DNA of 64,000 nt from Anaeromyxobacter sp. Lineage in GTDB: Bacteria; Myxococcota; Myxococcia; Myxococcales; Anaeromyxobacteraceae. Below the pieces are notes generated by a model. The model was not told the origin of the DNA. It did not search any database and worked only from the letters and a program-made list of their open reading frames with translations. Shown here piece after piece: positions 1 through 10,057 of the stretch (the first letter of the stretch is position 1; every line of letters starts with the position of its first letter). Position numbers and translations under genes: made by a program. The stretch spans positions 224,001 through 288,000 of the forward strand of contig JASGJN010000022.1 of the NCBI GenBank assembly GCA_049840735.1, read 5' to 3'.

Positions 1-1345
1 TGGGCTCGAACAGCACCACCGCCGGCACCTGGCCTGCCTGCAGCGCGGCCACCAGCGGCGCCGCGAAGGCAGGGTCGCGCTCGTCCAGCAGCCGCAGCAT
101 CCAGCTGTCGAGCGCCAGCGGCCGCTGGCCGGCCAGGAGCGGCACCAGCGGATCCTCCGAGAGCACCCGCGCGCCGGGCGGCAGGAGGGCGATGGCGGCG
201 CGCACCTGGGCCAGGCGGCTCTCGCGCCGGTCCTGCCGGAGGTCGAGCCCGGCCGAGGCGAGCCCGGTCACGGCCGCGAGCGCGGCCGCGGCCACCGCCA
301 CCCGCTGGCGCGCCGGGCCCGCGCCCACCGCCCGGGCCAGCGCCGCGCCCAGCACCGCCGCCGAGGCCACCTCCAGCTCCACGAAGTGGTTGGTGGCGGT
401 CCCCGGCGATCCGAAGACCACCGCCGCCGCGCCCACGGCCAGCGCCAGCCAGCACGCGCCCAGCAGCAGCACCGCCGACTCCGGCGCGCGCCAGCCCCCC
501 GGCTCCCGCGGCCGCGCTGCCAGGAGCGCCGTCACCGCCGCTGCCAGCAGGGCCAGCCCGGCCCGGTCGGCGAAGCGCAGGTGGAAGAGGACGCGCGCCG
601 GGCCGCCCAGCAGCGAGCGGAGGTCGGCGCCGCCCGAGGCGCAGGCGGCCAGGGTGGTCAGGAAGCGGCCTCCGGAGAGCAGCTCGGCCAGCGCCAGCCA
701 GAGCAGGCCCAGCCCACCACCCAGCCCGAGCAGGCGCACCGCCGCGACGCGCTCGCGCCGCAGGGCCAGGAAGGCGACGCCGGCGGCCAGCCCGGTGAGC
801 GCGGTCATCTTGGCCGCGAACGCCAGCGAGAGCAGGAGCGCGGCCAGCGGGAGCCGCCAGCGCCCGGCGCCGAGCAGCGCCGCCAGCCCGAGCGCGGTGA
901 GCGCCACCGGCCAGAGATCGCCGCGGTTGGCGGTCAGCGCCCGCTGCGCCGCCCCGCCCGCCAGCGCGGCGGCCGCCAGCAGCGCCGCCTCGGCCCGCCC
1001 CAGCCCGGCGCGGCGCAAGAGCAGCGCCACGCCCAGCACCGCCAGCAGGCCGGCCGCCGCCGCCACCGCGTAGCCGGCGGGCAGGAGCGGGACGCCGGCC
1101 CGGAGCAGCCCCGCGTGCAGCGCGAAGACCAGCGGGAAGTTGCGCGTGCCGCCGTAGCCGAGCCGAGGGTCCTGCAGCGGCCGGTAGAAGGTCCCGTGCG
1201 CCAGGTCGTCGGCCAGCGCCATCCAGGCGCCGCCCACGTGGTTGAGGGCGTTGCCGCTCTGCCAGGCCGCCGGCAGCCGGGCCAGCGTGAGGGCGGCCAG
1301 CAGGGCGCAGAGGGTCAGGGGGAGCGCGAGCGCACGCCTCGGCAT
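1..1345 (-). CDS. Polytopic membrane protein, probable GT-C/ArnT-like glycosyltransferase; 3' end runs off the window
   Basis: Read manually from ATG 1345: MPRRALALPLTLCALL...GTFYRPLQDPRLGYGGTRNFPLVFALH; many hydrophobic segments; directly downstream of a flippase. Confidence 0.6.
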   Translation of the reverse strand, partial: MPRRALALPLTLCALLAALTLARLPAAWQSGNALNHVGGAWMALADDLAHGTFYRPLQDPRLGYGGTRNFPLVFALHAGLLRAGVPLLPAGYAVAAAAGLLAVLGVALLLRRAGLGRAEAALLAAAALAGGAAQRALTANRGDLWPVALTALGLAALLGAGRWRLPLAALLLSLAFAAKMTALTGLAAGVAFLALRRERVAAVRLLGLGGGLGLLWLALAELLSGGRFLTTLAACASGGADLRSLLGGPARVLFHLRFADRAGLALLAAAVTALLAARPREPGGWRAPESAVLLLGACWLALAVGAAAVVFGSPGTATNHFVELEVASAAVLGAALARAVGAGPARQRVAVAAAALAAVTGLASAGLDLRQDRRESRLAQVRAAIALLPPGARVLSEDPLVPLLAGQRPLALDSWMLRLLDERDPAFAAPLVAALQAGQVPAVVLFEP

Positions 1346-1397
1346 CGGTCGGATCTACCTGCCTTTCCGGCGGCCGGATACCCCGGCGACGCGGGCC

Positions 1398-2879
1398 TCA
1401 CCCCTCGGCCGGCGCGCGCTCTCCCGCGGCCACCGCCGCCCGGCGGCCCCGGAACAGCCCCACCCAGCCGCCCGGGAGCCAGCCGCGCGCCCAGGAGAGT
1501 CCGACGTAGGCCAGCGCGAAGGCGATCCCGGCCGCCGCCAGCCGCGCCAGCTGCGGCACCCCCGGCAGCTGCAGCGCCACCCACGCCGCCGGCATGGCCA
1601 CCGCGGTGGCCGCGCCCTGGCGCAGCAGCGCCCGCCACGGCAGCACCGCCCGGAGCGGGACCTCGAAGAGCTGGCCGGTGCGGTGCAGCAGGGCGGCGCG
1701 CGCCAGCGCCTCCGCCACCACCCAGCCCAGCAGCGCGCCGAGGGGGCCGACCGCGCGCAGGCCGGCGGTGACCAGCGCCAGCGTCGCGGCCAGCTTGAGC
1801 GCCGAGAGCACCAGCATGTAGCGGTTCTGGGCGCGGGCCCGCATCACGCCGTCGAGCGGCAGCGCGGCCAGCGCCACGGGGATCACCGCCACGCGGAAGA
1901 TGGGGACCGAGGCCTGGTAGCGGGCCGAGAAGAGGAAGGTGATTAGCTCGGGGGCGGCCACCAAGAGGAGCCCGGTGAGCGGCACGAAGGCGAAGGAGAG
2001 CTGCAGCACCGCCTCGTGGAAGAGGGCCAGGCCGGCGTGCCGCGGCCGCCCGGCGCCGTCCAGCTCGGCCAGGCCGATCTGCAGCAGCTCCGAGATCGGC
2101 GTGTAGAGGATGTCCACCACCGGCAGCTGGAAGCAGCCCACGCTGTAGACCGCGAAGGCCGCCGCGCTCACCGCCGCCGCCACGGCGTACAGGTGGTACT
2201 GCTGCTGCGGGACGATCAGCAGGAAGGCCGCGCCGAAGGGGAGCGCGTAGCCGGCCATGCGCCGCAGCAGCGCCAGCTCCGGCCGCAGCCCGTGCTTGCC
2301 CAGCGCCCACCAGGTGACGACCGCGCGCAGCCCGGCCGCCACGGCGATCCCGGCGAACACCCCCTCCACCCGCCCGGTCAGCGCCGCGCCCGCCACCATG
2401 GCCGCGCCGCGCGCCACCTCGGTCCCCACCCGCACCAGCGCCGCGGCCGTGACCCGCCCGGCCGCGTTCCAGGCCACGTCGAGCGGCGCGCCGGCCAGCC
2501 CCAGCGCGGTGAAGAGGGCGATCCAGGGCAGGTTGCGGGTCAGGTCGGGGTTGCCCAGGGTGGCCTGGACCAGCGGCGCCCCCGCCAGCAGCAGCGCCGC
2601 GGCCAGGGCGCCCAGGCCGGCGGTGACGAGCAGCGTCTGCCCCACGTAGCGCCAGTGGTTGGCCGGGTCGCGCGGCACGAAGTAGTAGAGGCTCTGGGTG
2701 AGCCCCATGGGCAGCACCAGCTGCAGCGTCTGCGAGAGCAGCCAGGCCTGCTTGAAGGTGCCGTACGCGTCGGGCAGGAGCGCCCGGGCCAGCACCATGG
2801 GGACGGCGAACGTCAGCGCCGCGCCCGCCAGCCGCGCCACCAGCAGGGGCCGCGCGCGGCCGAGGATCGAGTCCGCCAC
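1398..2879 (-). CDS. wzx: Oligosaccharide flippase (Wzx/MOP family)
   Basis: 493 aa, many TM segments, N-terminal LARALLPDAYG pattern; flanked by glycosyltransferases. Confidence 0.8.
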   Translation of the reverse strand: MADSILGRARPLLVARLAGAALTFAVPMVLARALLPDAYGTFKQAWLLSQTLQLVLPMGLTQSLYYFVPRDPANHWRYVGQTLLVTAGLGALAAALLLAGAPLVQATLGNPDLTRNLPWIALFTALGLAGAPLDVAWNAAGRVTAAALVRVGTEVARGAAMVAGAALTGRVEGVFAGIAVAAGLRAVVTWWALGKHGLRPELALLRRMAGYALPFGAAFLLIVPQQQYHLYAVAAAVSAAAFAVYSVGCFQLPVVDILYTPISELLQIGLAELDGAGRPRHAGLALFHEAVLQLSFAFVPLTGLLLVAAPELITFLFSARYQASVPIFRVAVIPVALAALPLDGVMRARAQNRYMLVLSALKLAATLALVTAGLRAVGPLGALLGWVVAEALARAALLHRTGQLFEVPLRAVLPWRALLRQGAATAVAMPAAWVALQLPGVPQLARLAAAGIAFALAYVGLSWARGWLPGGWVGLFRGRRAAVAAGERAPAEG

Positions 2880-3022
2880 CAGTCCTCCTCACCTCCCGCC
2901 CGCGGCTGACGCCGGGCGCGGGGCAACGATGCGCCTCGCCCGCGCCCGCGGCGGGGCCCGCCGGCCGGTCTTCCGGGGACGGGCTCCGGGCGGGCGGCCT
3001 GCTGCGGGGCGAACGGCAGGCC

Positions 3023-4174
3023 TCACCCGGCGCGGGCGGCGCCGGTGCCGGCGGGCGCCCGCTGCGGGTCGAGCACCGCCAGCATCCGCGCCGCGGCCCG
3101 GTCCCAGCCGAAGCGGGCCTGCGCGCGCGCCCTGCCGGCCGCGCCCATGCGCGCCGCCCGCCGCGGGTCGGCCACCAGCGCCCCCAGCGCCGCCCCCAGC
3201 GCCGCCGAGTCGCGCGGCGGGACCAAGAGGCCGGTCTCCCCGTCGGCCACGATCTCCGGGATGGCCTCGATGCGGCTGGCCACCACCGGGAGGCCGAAGG
3301 CCATGGCCTCCAGCAGCGAGAGGCCGAAGGCCTCGCGCAGCGTGGGCAGCGCGAACAGGGTGGCCCGCGCGTAGAGCCGGGCCAGCGCCGCGCGCCCCAG
3401 CGGGCCGTGGAAGGTGACGCCGGGGGGGGCGGAGGCGGGCATGGCGGCGGAGACCACGTCCAGCTGGGCCTCCGGGTGCTCGCGCCGGACCGCGGCGAAC
3501 GCGTCCAGCAGCTCCGGGCCGCCCTTGGGGACGAAGGTCTTGCCCACGAAGAGCACGCGCGGCAGCCGCGCCCGCTCCGGGAGGCCGCCGCCCGGGGCCA
3601 CGTTGGGGCCGGCGCCGACCACCGTGACGCGGGCCGGATCGACGCCGTAGTCGTGGCGCAGCGAGTCGCGCACGTGCTCGCTCATCACGAAGATGCCCTG
3701 CGCGTTGCGGTAGACGGCCCGCTCGCGGGCCCGCCAGGTGGGCTCGTACGGCACCGGCGGCGGCAGCCCGGGCAGCGGGTCGTAGCGCTCGGCGATGGCC
3801 CGGGTGTGGTCCAGGTAGAGGTGGTACGGCACCTCCGGGTAGGGGCCCGTCCCGAAGAGCACGCCGGCCTGGATCACCGCGTCCGGGCGGGCGCGGCGCA
3901 CCTCGCGGGCCGCGGCCGCAGAGAGGTGGTCGAAGGCCCAGGTGGTGTGGAGGTAGTAGGACTTCCAGTGGATGCCGTGCTGGCGCAGCGCCTCGGTCAC
4001 GCCGCGCACCGCGGCGGGGCGAAGGTTTGGCAGGTGCGAGCCGGGGCGCAGCTGGTACATGAACGGCTCGACGGGGTTGGCGTGGAGCACCTCGACCCCC
4101 TCCGCCGAGAGCGCGGCGGAGAGGGAGGCGGTGACGCCCGACTGCGGCCCGTAGTGGAGGTAGAGGAGGCGCAC
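3023..4174 (-). CDS. Glycosyltransferase family 4
   Basis: EAFGLSLLEAMAFGLPVVAS and VLFVG...KG motifs; start taken at GTG 4174 (MRLLYLHYG). Confidence 0.88.
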   Translation of the reverse strand: MRLLYLHYGPQSGVTASLSAALSAEGVEVLHANPVEPFMYQLRPGSHLPNLRPAAVRGVTEALRQHGIHWKSYYLHTTWAFDHLSAAAAREVRRARPDAVIQAGVLFGTGPYPEVPYHLYLDHTRAIAERYDPLPGLPPPVPYEPTWRARERAVYRNAQGIFVMSEHVRDSLRHDYGVDPARVTVVGAGPNVAPGGGLPERARLPRVLFVGKTFVPKGGPELLDAFAAVRREHPEAQLDVVSAAMPASAPPGVTFHGPLGRAALARLYARATLFALPTLREAFGLSLLEAMAFGLPVVASRIEAIPEIVADGETGLLVPPRDSAALGAALGALVADPRRAARMGAAGRARAQARFGWDRAAARMLAVLDPQRAPAGTGAARAG

Positions 4175-4281
4175 CCGCGGAAGGTGGTGACGCGGCAGGC
4201 CACCGGCCGCCTCCCGGACGGACGCTCCTCCGCGCGGGCCGGGAGGGGTCTCCTGCCTACCTCCCCTCCGTCCTCCCGCCT

Positions 4282-4331
4282 CCGTTCGCCCTGAGCGTAG
4301 CCTCGCCACCAGGCGGGGCGAAGTCGAAGGG
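4282..4331 (-). repeat. REP-like palindromic element with internal hairpin
   Basis: Reverse complement reads CCCTTCGACT-[hairpin]-CTACGCTCAGGGCGAACGG, as at 29178 and 55283. Confidence 0.8.
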
Positions 4332-4337
4332 CAGGGT

Positions 4338-5369
4338 TCAGCGCCCGGCCGTCCCCCAGGCCGGATCGTCCTCCACCATCCGCCGGAGCCACTCCGGGAG
4401 CGGGACGTCACCCGCCGTGTACCCTGCCGGCGCCTGGAGCAGGGCGTGGTCGCTCCCGGGCACTAGGAAGGCCGCGGTCCCGGGATCGGCGAAGCGCTCG
4501 TCCACCAGCCGGAGCAGCGCCTGCTCGAACGCCGCCGGCTCGAGCAGCAGGAAGGCGCGGATCACCTCGTCCTGCCGGGAGGAGAGCAGCGCCAGCCGGT
4601 CGCCCGGATGCCGGGCCGCCAGCACGGGGACGATCTCCGAGAGATCGAGCGCGCAGTCCGGGCAGAGCTGGAGCAGCGTCCGGTCCAGGCGCCAGGCCAC
4701 GGTCCAGAGCGCCCGCTCCTCCGGCCGGATGTCGTCGCCCACCAGCGGCGGCCCGGCGTCGTCCACCAGGTAGCCGCCGCCCTCCGGCCAGCGCTGGCGC
4801 GCCAGGTCGAACGCCAGCAGCGCGCCGTAGCCGCCGGCGCTGGAGCCGCTCACCACCAGCTTCTGCGGCGCGGGCAGGTGGTCCCCCAGCCAGGCCACGT
4901 CGGCGCGCAGGTTCTCGGCGCCGTGGTGGTGCCAGGGGCGGGGCGCCTGCGGGTAGTCCTGGGTGGCGTCGCCCCAGTGCTCGTCCCCGGTGCAGTAGGG
5001 GACGAACACCAGCGTGGCGTCGGCGAAGGGCGAGCCCGGCAGCGCGCGGTCCAGGAGCGAGCCGGGGATGCGCGTCTCCGCGTCCCACTGCGCCTGTGCG
5101 TACGGCCCGGGCTTGGCGAGGTGGAAGGTGAAGCAGGTGAGCGTGTCCCAGCAGGCGCCGCCGCCGTCCAGGAAGACCACGGTGGTGCCGTCGGTGCCGG
5201 GGCTGACCGCCAGGCCGGTGGCGCTGCCGTCGCTGCACTGCGTCCCGGGCACGTCCACCCAGGTCCAGGTCTTCACCGGCAGCGGGGGAGCGGGCGCGGG
5301 CATGCCCGTCCCGCCGCAAGCGGCGGCGAGGGCGAGCAGGAGGGCGGGGGCGGCGAGGCGGCGGGGCAT
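4338..5369 (-). CDS. Pectin acetylesterase/Notum-family hydrolase, lipoprotein
   Basis: Lipobox LAAAC; CSDGS, FLDGGGACW, VPYCTGD and nucleophile motif GSSAGG. Confidence 0.85.
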   Translation of the reverse strand: MPRRLAAPALLLALAAACGGTGMPAPAPPLPVKTWTWVDVPGTQCSDGSATGLAVSPGTDGTTVVFLDGGGACWDTLTCFTFHLAKPGPYAQAQWDAETRIPGSLLDRALPGSPFADATLVFVPYCTGDEHWGDATQDYPQAPRPWHHHGAENLRADVAWLGDHLPAPQKLVVSGSSAGGYGALLAFDLARQRWPEGGGYLVDDAGPPLVGDDIRPEERALWTVAWRLDRTLLQLCPDCALDLSEIVPVLAARHPGDRLALLSSRQDEVIRAFLLLEPAAFEQALLRLVDERFADPGTAAFLVPGSDHALLQAPAGYTAGDVPLPEWLRRMVEDDPAWGTAGR

Positions 5370-5413
5370 GACCGCTCAACCTGGGGCGCGGCGGCCCGGC
5401 GCGCCAGCGCCGA

Positions 5414-6400
5414 CTAGAACGTGAGCACCAGCTTCCCGAAGCTCTCGTTCCGGTCGAGCCGGGCGTGGGCCTCGCGCACCTGGTCCACCGGCAGCACGGC
5501 GTCCACCACCGGCTTCACCTTCCCGGCCTCCACCAGCGGGAGCACCTCGCGGGCGAAGGCCTGGGTGGCGGCGATCTTCTCCTCCAGCGGGCGCGGGCGG
5601 AGCACCGTGCCGACGATGGCGCCGCGGGCCTTCATGAGGCCGGAGAGGTCGAGCTGGAGCTTGGCGCCGGCCATGGTGCCGATGACCACGATGCGGCCGC
5701 CCGTGGAGAGGGCCGCCACGTCCTCGGCCAGGTAGGGGCCGCCCACGAACTCGAGCACCAGCGGTGTGCCGCGCCCGCCGGTGAGCGCCCGCACCTGCTC
5801 GGCGAAGCGGGGCGGGTCGCCCTCCACGCGCAGCCCGTGGTCGAGCCCCAGCGCCGCCGCCTGCTCCAGCTTGGCCTGGGTGCGGGAGGTGCCGATCACG
5901 GTGGCGCCGGAGGCGCGGGCGATCTGCAGCGCCACGGTGGCCACGCCCGAGCCGACGGCGTGGATGAGCACGGTCGCGCCCGGGCGCAGGCCGCCCTGGG
6001 TGAAGAGCGCGTCGTGCGAGGTGAGGCCGGCCTCCGGCAGCGCGCCCGCCTCCTCCCAGGAGAGCCGTTCGGGCACGCGCAGCAGCATCCGCTCGTGGAC
6101 CAGGCAGAGCTCGGCCTGGGCCTCGCCGGCGGTGATGGCCATGACCCGGTCGCCTGGCTTCCAGGCCGTCACCCCCTCGCCCATCGCCGCCACCTCGCCG
6201 GCCAGCTCCAGCCCGGGCACGTCGGCGCGGGTGCCGGGCGGCGGCGGATAGAGCCCGCGCCGCTGCAGCAGGTCGGCGCGGTTGAGCGCCGCCGCCTTGA
6301 CCCGCACCAGCACCTCGTGGCGCGCCGGCGCCGGATCCGGCAGCTCGCGGACCTCGATCACCTCGGGCCCGCCCTTCCCCGTGAAGATCACCGCGCGCAT
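5414..6400 (-). CDS. NAD(P)H-quinone oxidoreductase (zeta-crystallin/PIG3 family)
   Basis: ALNRADLLQRRGLYPPPPG, PGLELAGEV, HAVGSGV, C-terminal FGKLVL. Confidence 0.9.
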   Translation of the reverse strand: MRAVIFTGKGGPEVIEVRELPDPAPARHEVLVRVKAAALNRADLLQRRGLYPPPPGTRADVPGLELAGEVAAMGEGVTAWKPGDRVMAITAGEAQAELCLVHERMLLRVPERLSWEEAGALPEAGLTSHDALFTQGGLRPGATVLIHAVGSGVATVALQIARASGATVIGTSRTQAKLEQAAALGLDHGLRVEGDPPRFAEQVRALTGGRGTPLVLEFVGGPYLAEDVAALSTGGRIVVIGTMAGAKLQLDLSGLMKARGAIVGTVLRPRPLEEKIAATQAFAREVLPLVEAGKVKPVVDAVLPVDQVREAHARLDRNESFGKLVLTF

Positions 6401-6417
6401 CGCTTGCCTCCCGCCGC

Positions 6418-6864
6418 TCAGCCGGCCTGCCCGCGCCGCATCCCCGGCGCGCCGAAGTGGCCGGTCGCGGCGCCGAAGGGCGCCTCCCAGGCCGCGCCCT
6501 CCGCGTCGGCCGCGATCGAGGCCCGGCCGGGCTCGACGCGGGCCAGAGGATAGCGATCGCGCCGCGCCGGCGCGACGCGCTCCTCGTCGCTGGGGCAAAC
6601 GGCCGAGAGGTCCAGCCCCGGGAGCGCATCCGGGGGCTCGACGGCCACCGCCAGGAAGTAGCCGTTGTACGTCCCCTCCCACCACATCGAGAGCTCGGCC
6701 GGCGCCGCGGCGGCGGCCGCGCAGGCCTGCAGCAGCGCCGCGCGGAAGGCCCGGAACGGCGCGCCGTCGTGGCGCGGATCCAGCTCCGGCGTGGCCGCGG
6801 CGCCGAAGCGGTGGCGCAGCTCGTCGAGCGAGAAGAGCAGGGTGCGGGCGGGCGCGGCGGGCAT
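6418..6864 (-). CDS. Hypothetical protein
   Basis: 148 aa, GC3-biased codons, fills the gap between co-oriented genes. Confidence 0.6.
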   Translation of the reverse strand: MPAAPARTLLFSLDELRHRFGAAATPELDPRHDGAPFRAFRAALLQACAAAAAAPAELSMWWEGTYNGYFLAVAVEPPDALPGLDLSAVCPSDEERVAPARRDRYPLARVEPGRASIAADAEGAAWEAPFGAATGHFGAPGMRRGQAG

Positions 6865-6952
6865 GGGGGAGGCGTAAGGCGCAGGGCGCCGCCGTCCAGG
6901 GCTCAGGCGTGGTCGCGGGGCCGGCTGTCCACCGGCGAGCTGCCGCGGGCCG

Positions 6953-7753
6953 CTACCCCCGCAGCTGGCCGTCGATCCCCACCACCACGTCGCGCAGGGG
7001 GAGGTCCTTGCCCGAAGCGGCGATGGCCTGGCGCGCGGCCATGGCGATGCCGCCGCAGCAGGGCACCTCCATCCGCACCACCGTCACGCTCCGCACGTCG
7101 GAGCGGGTCAGGATCTGCGCCAGCTTGGCGGCGTGCGAGTGGAGGTCGTCGAGCTTCGGGCAGCCCACCACCAGCGCGTTGCCGTCGAGCAGGTCCTGGT
7201 GGAAGCGGGCGTAGGCGAAGGGGACGCAGTCGGCCGCGACCAGCAGGTCGGCGCCCTGGAAGTAGGGCGCCGTGGGCGGGACCAGCGTCAGCTGGACCGG
7301 CCACTGCCCCAGCCGGCTCTCGCTGCCCTCGGCCGGGCGGCGCGCGGCCGGCCCCGCGGGCGGCTCCGGGACCACGCTCAGGCTCCGGCGCGGGAGGACC
7401 TGCGCGCGCGAGCCTGGGCAGCCGCCGCCGTGATCGCCGTGAGGACCGTGGCCGTGCGCGGCGTGCGCCGCGGCCGGCGCGGGGTGGGCGTGCGCGTGCG
7501 GCGCCGGGCGGCCCTGGCGCGCCAGGTGGGCGCTCACCGCCACCTCGTCGAAGGCGTCCGCCTCGCGCTCGATGACGGTGATCGCGCCCTGCGGGCACTC
7601 GCCCAGGCAGGCGCCGAGGCCGTCGCAGAGGACGTCAGCGGAGAGGCGCGCCTTGCCGCCCACCAGGGCGATGGCCCCCTCGGCGCAGGAGGGCACGCAC
7701 TGCCCGCAGCCGTCGCACTTCGCCTCGTCGATCTGCACGATCTTCCGGAGCAT
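6953..7753 (-). CDS. 4Fe-4S ferredoxin-domain iron-sulfur protein with His-rich linker
   Basis: CDGCGQCVPSC and CDGLGACLGECP motifs; C-terminal QWPVQL, AADC, GCPKLD, MEVPCC. Confidence 0.88.
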   Translation of the reverse strand: MLRKIVQIDEAKCDGCGQCVPSCAEGAIALVGGKARLSADVLCDGLGACLGECPQGAITVIEREADAFDEVAVSAHLARQGRPAPHAHAHPAPAAAHAAHGHGPHGDHGGGCPGSRAQVLPRRSLSVVPEPPAGPAARRPAEGSESRLGQWPVQLTLVPPTAPYFQGADLLVAADCVPFAYARFHQDLLDGNALVVGCPKLDDLHSHAAKLAQILTRSDVRSVTVVRMEVPCCGGIAMAARQAIAASGKDLPLRDVVVGIDGQLRG

Positions 7754-8012
7754 CTGCCGCTTATCCCATGTGGGACGGGGGGGCCGATAGTCAGCGAACG
7801 CTTTTCAGGTGTGGGCGGGCGGCGCCGGGCCCGGCCAGGCGGCTGCCGCCAGGCGGTGGCCCGACCCATGCTTTGGGCGATACCGGCGTCGCGCTCGCGT
7901 CAGCCGCCTGACGCGCCCGTGTGCCCGTCCGCCGATCGGGCGAGGAAGAAAACTGGAACAGGCCGAGCCGAGGGGCTAGGCATGTAGGCTGGCGATATCG
8001 CCCGGAGCTTAG

Positions 8013-9023
8013 GTGCCCGAGGACACGCTGCAGGTCACGCTGGAGGACGTCATCGCGGCGGGGCGCGTGCTCTTCGGGCCCGCGTTCCACGCGCAGGGCC
8101 AGGGCTGGCGCGCCGACCTCAAGACCACCTACAAGCGGCGCGCGCTGGAGACGCACCCGGACCGCGCCCGCTCGGTCGGCCGCTCGGAGAGCGACCTCTC
8201 GTCCGAGTTCCGCCGCGTCGCCGACGCCTACCGCGTCCTCTCCCAGCTCGCCGCCGGGCCGCTCCCCACCGCCGCGCCGGTCGACCCGCCCGCCCCACCG
8301 CGCCCGCCGCGCCCCCGCCCCCCGCCGACCGCGCGCGCCGCGCGCCCCCAGCCGCCGCCGGCCCAGCCGCCTCCTCCCGCCGCCGAGCCGCCGCCCGGCG
8401 CGCGCCGGCCCGCCAGCGAGGCCCGCGACGCGGCCCGCAGGCGCGCCGAGGCCGCCGCCGCGGCTGCGGCCGCCGAGGCCGCCGCGAACGCGGCCGCCCC
8501 CGAGCCGCCGCCCGGCCGCGCGCAGCGCCCCGCTCCCTCCGCCGCCGCGCCCGGCCCCGCCGCGGCGCCGGCCCGCGATCCCGGGTCCACCGTCCCCGGC
8601 CACCGGGTCCGCTACTCCGTCCACCCCGACCAGCTCCCGCGCCGCAAGCTGCGCTTCGCCGAGTACCTGTACTACACCGGCCGTGTACCCTGGACGGCGC
8701 TGGTCGAGGCCATCGCCTGGCAGCGCACGCAGCGTCCGCCGGTGGGGCGCATCGCCGTGGAGTGGGGCTTCCTGGAGCCGGACGACGTGGGGAGGATCCT
8801 CGAGCAGCGCCGGGTGGAGAGCGCGACCGCGACGCCGTTCGGGGAGTACGCGGTGCGGCTGGGCTACCTGACGTCGTTCCAGCTGCTGGCCGTGCTGGGC
8901 CGCCAGCTGCGCCTGCAGCGCCGGATCGGCGAGTTCTTCGTCGCGCGCGGGTGGCTGGACGCGGAGGAGATCGACGACCTCCGCCGCCGGATCGCGCGCC
9001 ACAACGCGAAGTGGAAGGCGTAG
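8013..9023 (+). CDS. J-domain (DnaJ-like) protein with Pro/Ala linker and C-terminal MshEN-like repeats
   Basis: YKRRALETHPD J-domain motif; C-terminal repeats such as RIGEFFVARGWL. Confidence 0.8.
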   Translation: MPEDTLQVTLEDVIAAGRVLFGPAFHAQGQGWRADLKTTYKRRALETHPDRARSVGRSESDLSSEFRRVADAYRVLSQLAAGPLPTAAPVDPPAPPRPPRPRPPPTARAARPQPPPAQPPPPAAEPPPGARRPASEARDAARRRAEAAAAAAAAEAAANAAAPEPPPGRAQRPAPSAAAPGPAAAPARDPGSTVPGHRVRYSVHPDQLPRRKLRFAEYLYYTGRVPWTALVEAIAWQRTQRPPVGRIAVEWGFLEPDDVGRILEQRRVESATATPFGEYAVRLGYLTSFQLLAVLGRQLRLQRRIGEFFVARGWLDAEEIDDLRRRIARHNAKWKA

Positions 9024-9053
9024 CGGCGGTCCGCCGCCGGCAGGCGAGGCACG

Positions 9054-10055
9054 CTACCGCCGGCGGAACAGGTCCACCAGCACCGCCACCAGCACCACGC
9101 CGCCGATGATGACCCGCTCCCAGTAGCCGGACACGTCCAGCAGGACGATGCCGTTGGCGAGGACCGCCATCAGCAGCGCGCCGAGCGTGGTGCCCACGAT
9201 GGACCCCTCGCCGCCCCGCAGGCTGGTCCCGCCGATGATGGCCGCGGTGATGGCGCCCATCAGCCAGCCCTGGCCGACGGACGGCTGGGCGGCGTCCATG
9301 CGGCTGGCGTAGAGGATGCCCGCCAGCGCCGCGAACAGGCCCGCCAGGCCGAACACCGCCAGCTCCACCCGCGCGACCCGGATGCCGACCAGCGCCGCGG
9401 CGTCGCGGTTGCCGCCCATGGCGTAGATGTTCCGGCCGAAGCGGGAGCGCGAGAGGACCCACCACAGCACCACGTCGGCGGCGAGGAAGATCAGCACCGG
9501 CACCGGGATGGAGAGGAGCTCCCCCTGGCCGAAGACGCGGAAGGTCTCGCCCAGCGGGCGGATCGGGTAGCCCTTGGTGATGACCAGCGTGAGCCCGGCG
9601 AAGATCTCGCCCGAGGCCAGGGTCACGATGAACGGGTTGAGCTTCAGCCGGGCCACGAAGGCGCCGTTCACGAGCCCCAGCCCCATCCCGAAGAGCGCGG
9701 TCAGCGGCACGACGAGGTACGGGTGCACGCCGGCCCGGGTCAGGAGCAGCGAGCCGATGATGGCGGAGAAGGCGGCGTTGGTGCCCACCGAGAGGTCGAT
9801 GCCGCCGGCCAGGAGCACCAGCGTCTGGCCCAGCGCCACCAGCCCCACGAACGAGGCCTGCCGCGCCACCACGCTCAGGTTGTACGGCGAGAGGAACCCG
9901 GGCGCGGCCCAGGCGAGCGCGCCCAGCAGCAGCAGCAGGGCCAGCGTGATCCCGCTCGCCTCCCAGCGCCGGATCCGCCCGACGAGCTGCCCCAGCGAGC
10001 GGCGCGGGTTCGCGGCCTGGGGGGCGGGAGAGGTCTGTTCCGGGTGGTCGTGCAT
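9054..10055 (-). CDS. Monosaccharide ABC transporter permease (RbsC-like)
   Basis: GGIDLSVG, FGRNIYAMGGN, IIGGTSLRGGEG; real start MHDHPEQ at 10055. Confidence 0.92.
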   Translation of the reverse strand: MHDHPEQTSPAPQAANPRRSLGQLVGRIRRWEASGITLALLLLLGALAWAAPGFLSPYNLSVVARQASFVGLVALGQTLVLLAGGIDLSVGTNAAFSAIIGSLLLTRAGVHPYLVVPLTALFGMGLGLVNGAFVARLKLNPFIVTLASGEIFAGLTLVITKGYPIRPLGETFRVFGQGELLSIPVPVLIFLAADVVLWWVLSRSRFGRNIYAMGGNRDAAALVGIRVARVELAVFGLAGLFAALAGILYASRMDAAQPSVGQGWLMGAITAAIIGGTSLRGGEGSIVGTTLGALLMAVLANGIVLLDVSGYWERVIIGGVVLVAVLVDLFRRR

Positions 10056-10057
10056 GG

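Noticed and set aside
7950..7975. Sigma-54 promoter (CTGGAACAGG...) upstream of the J-domain gene; similar TTGGTACA near 18697
   Set aside because: No TTGC at the -12 position
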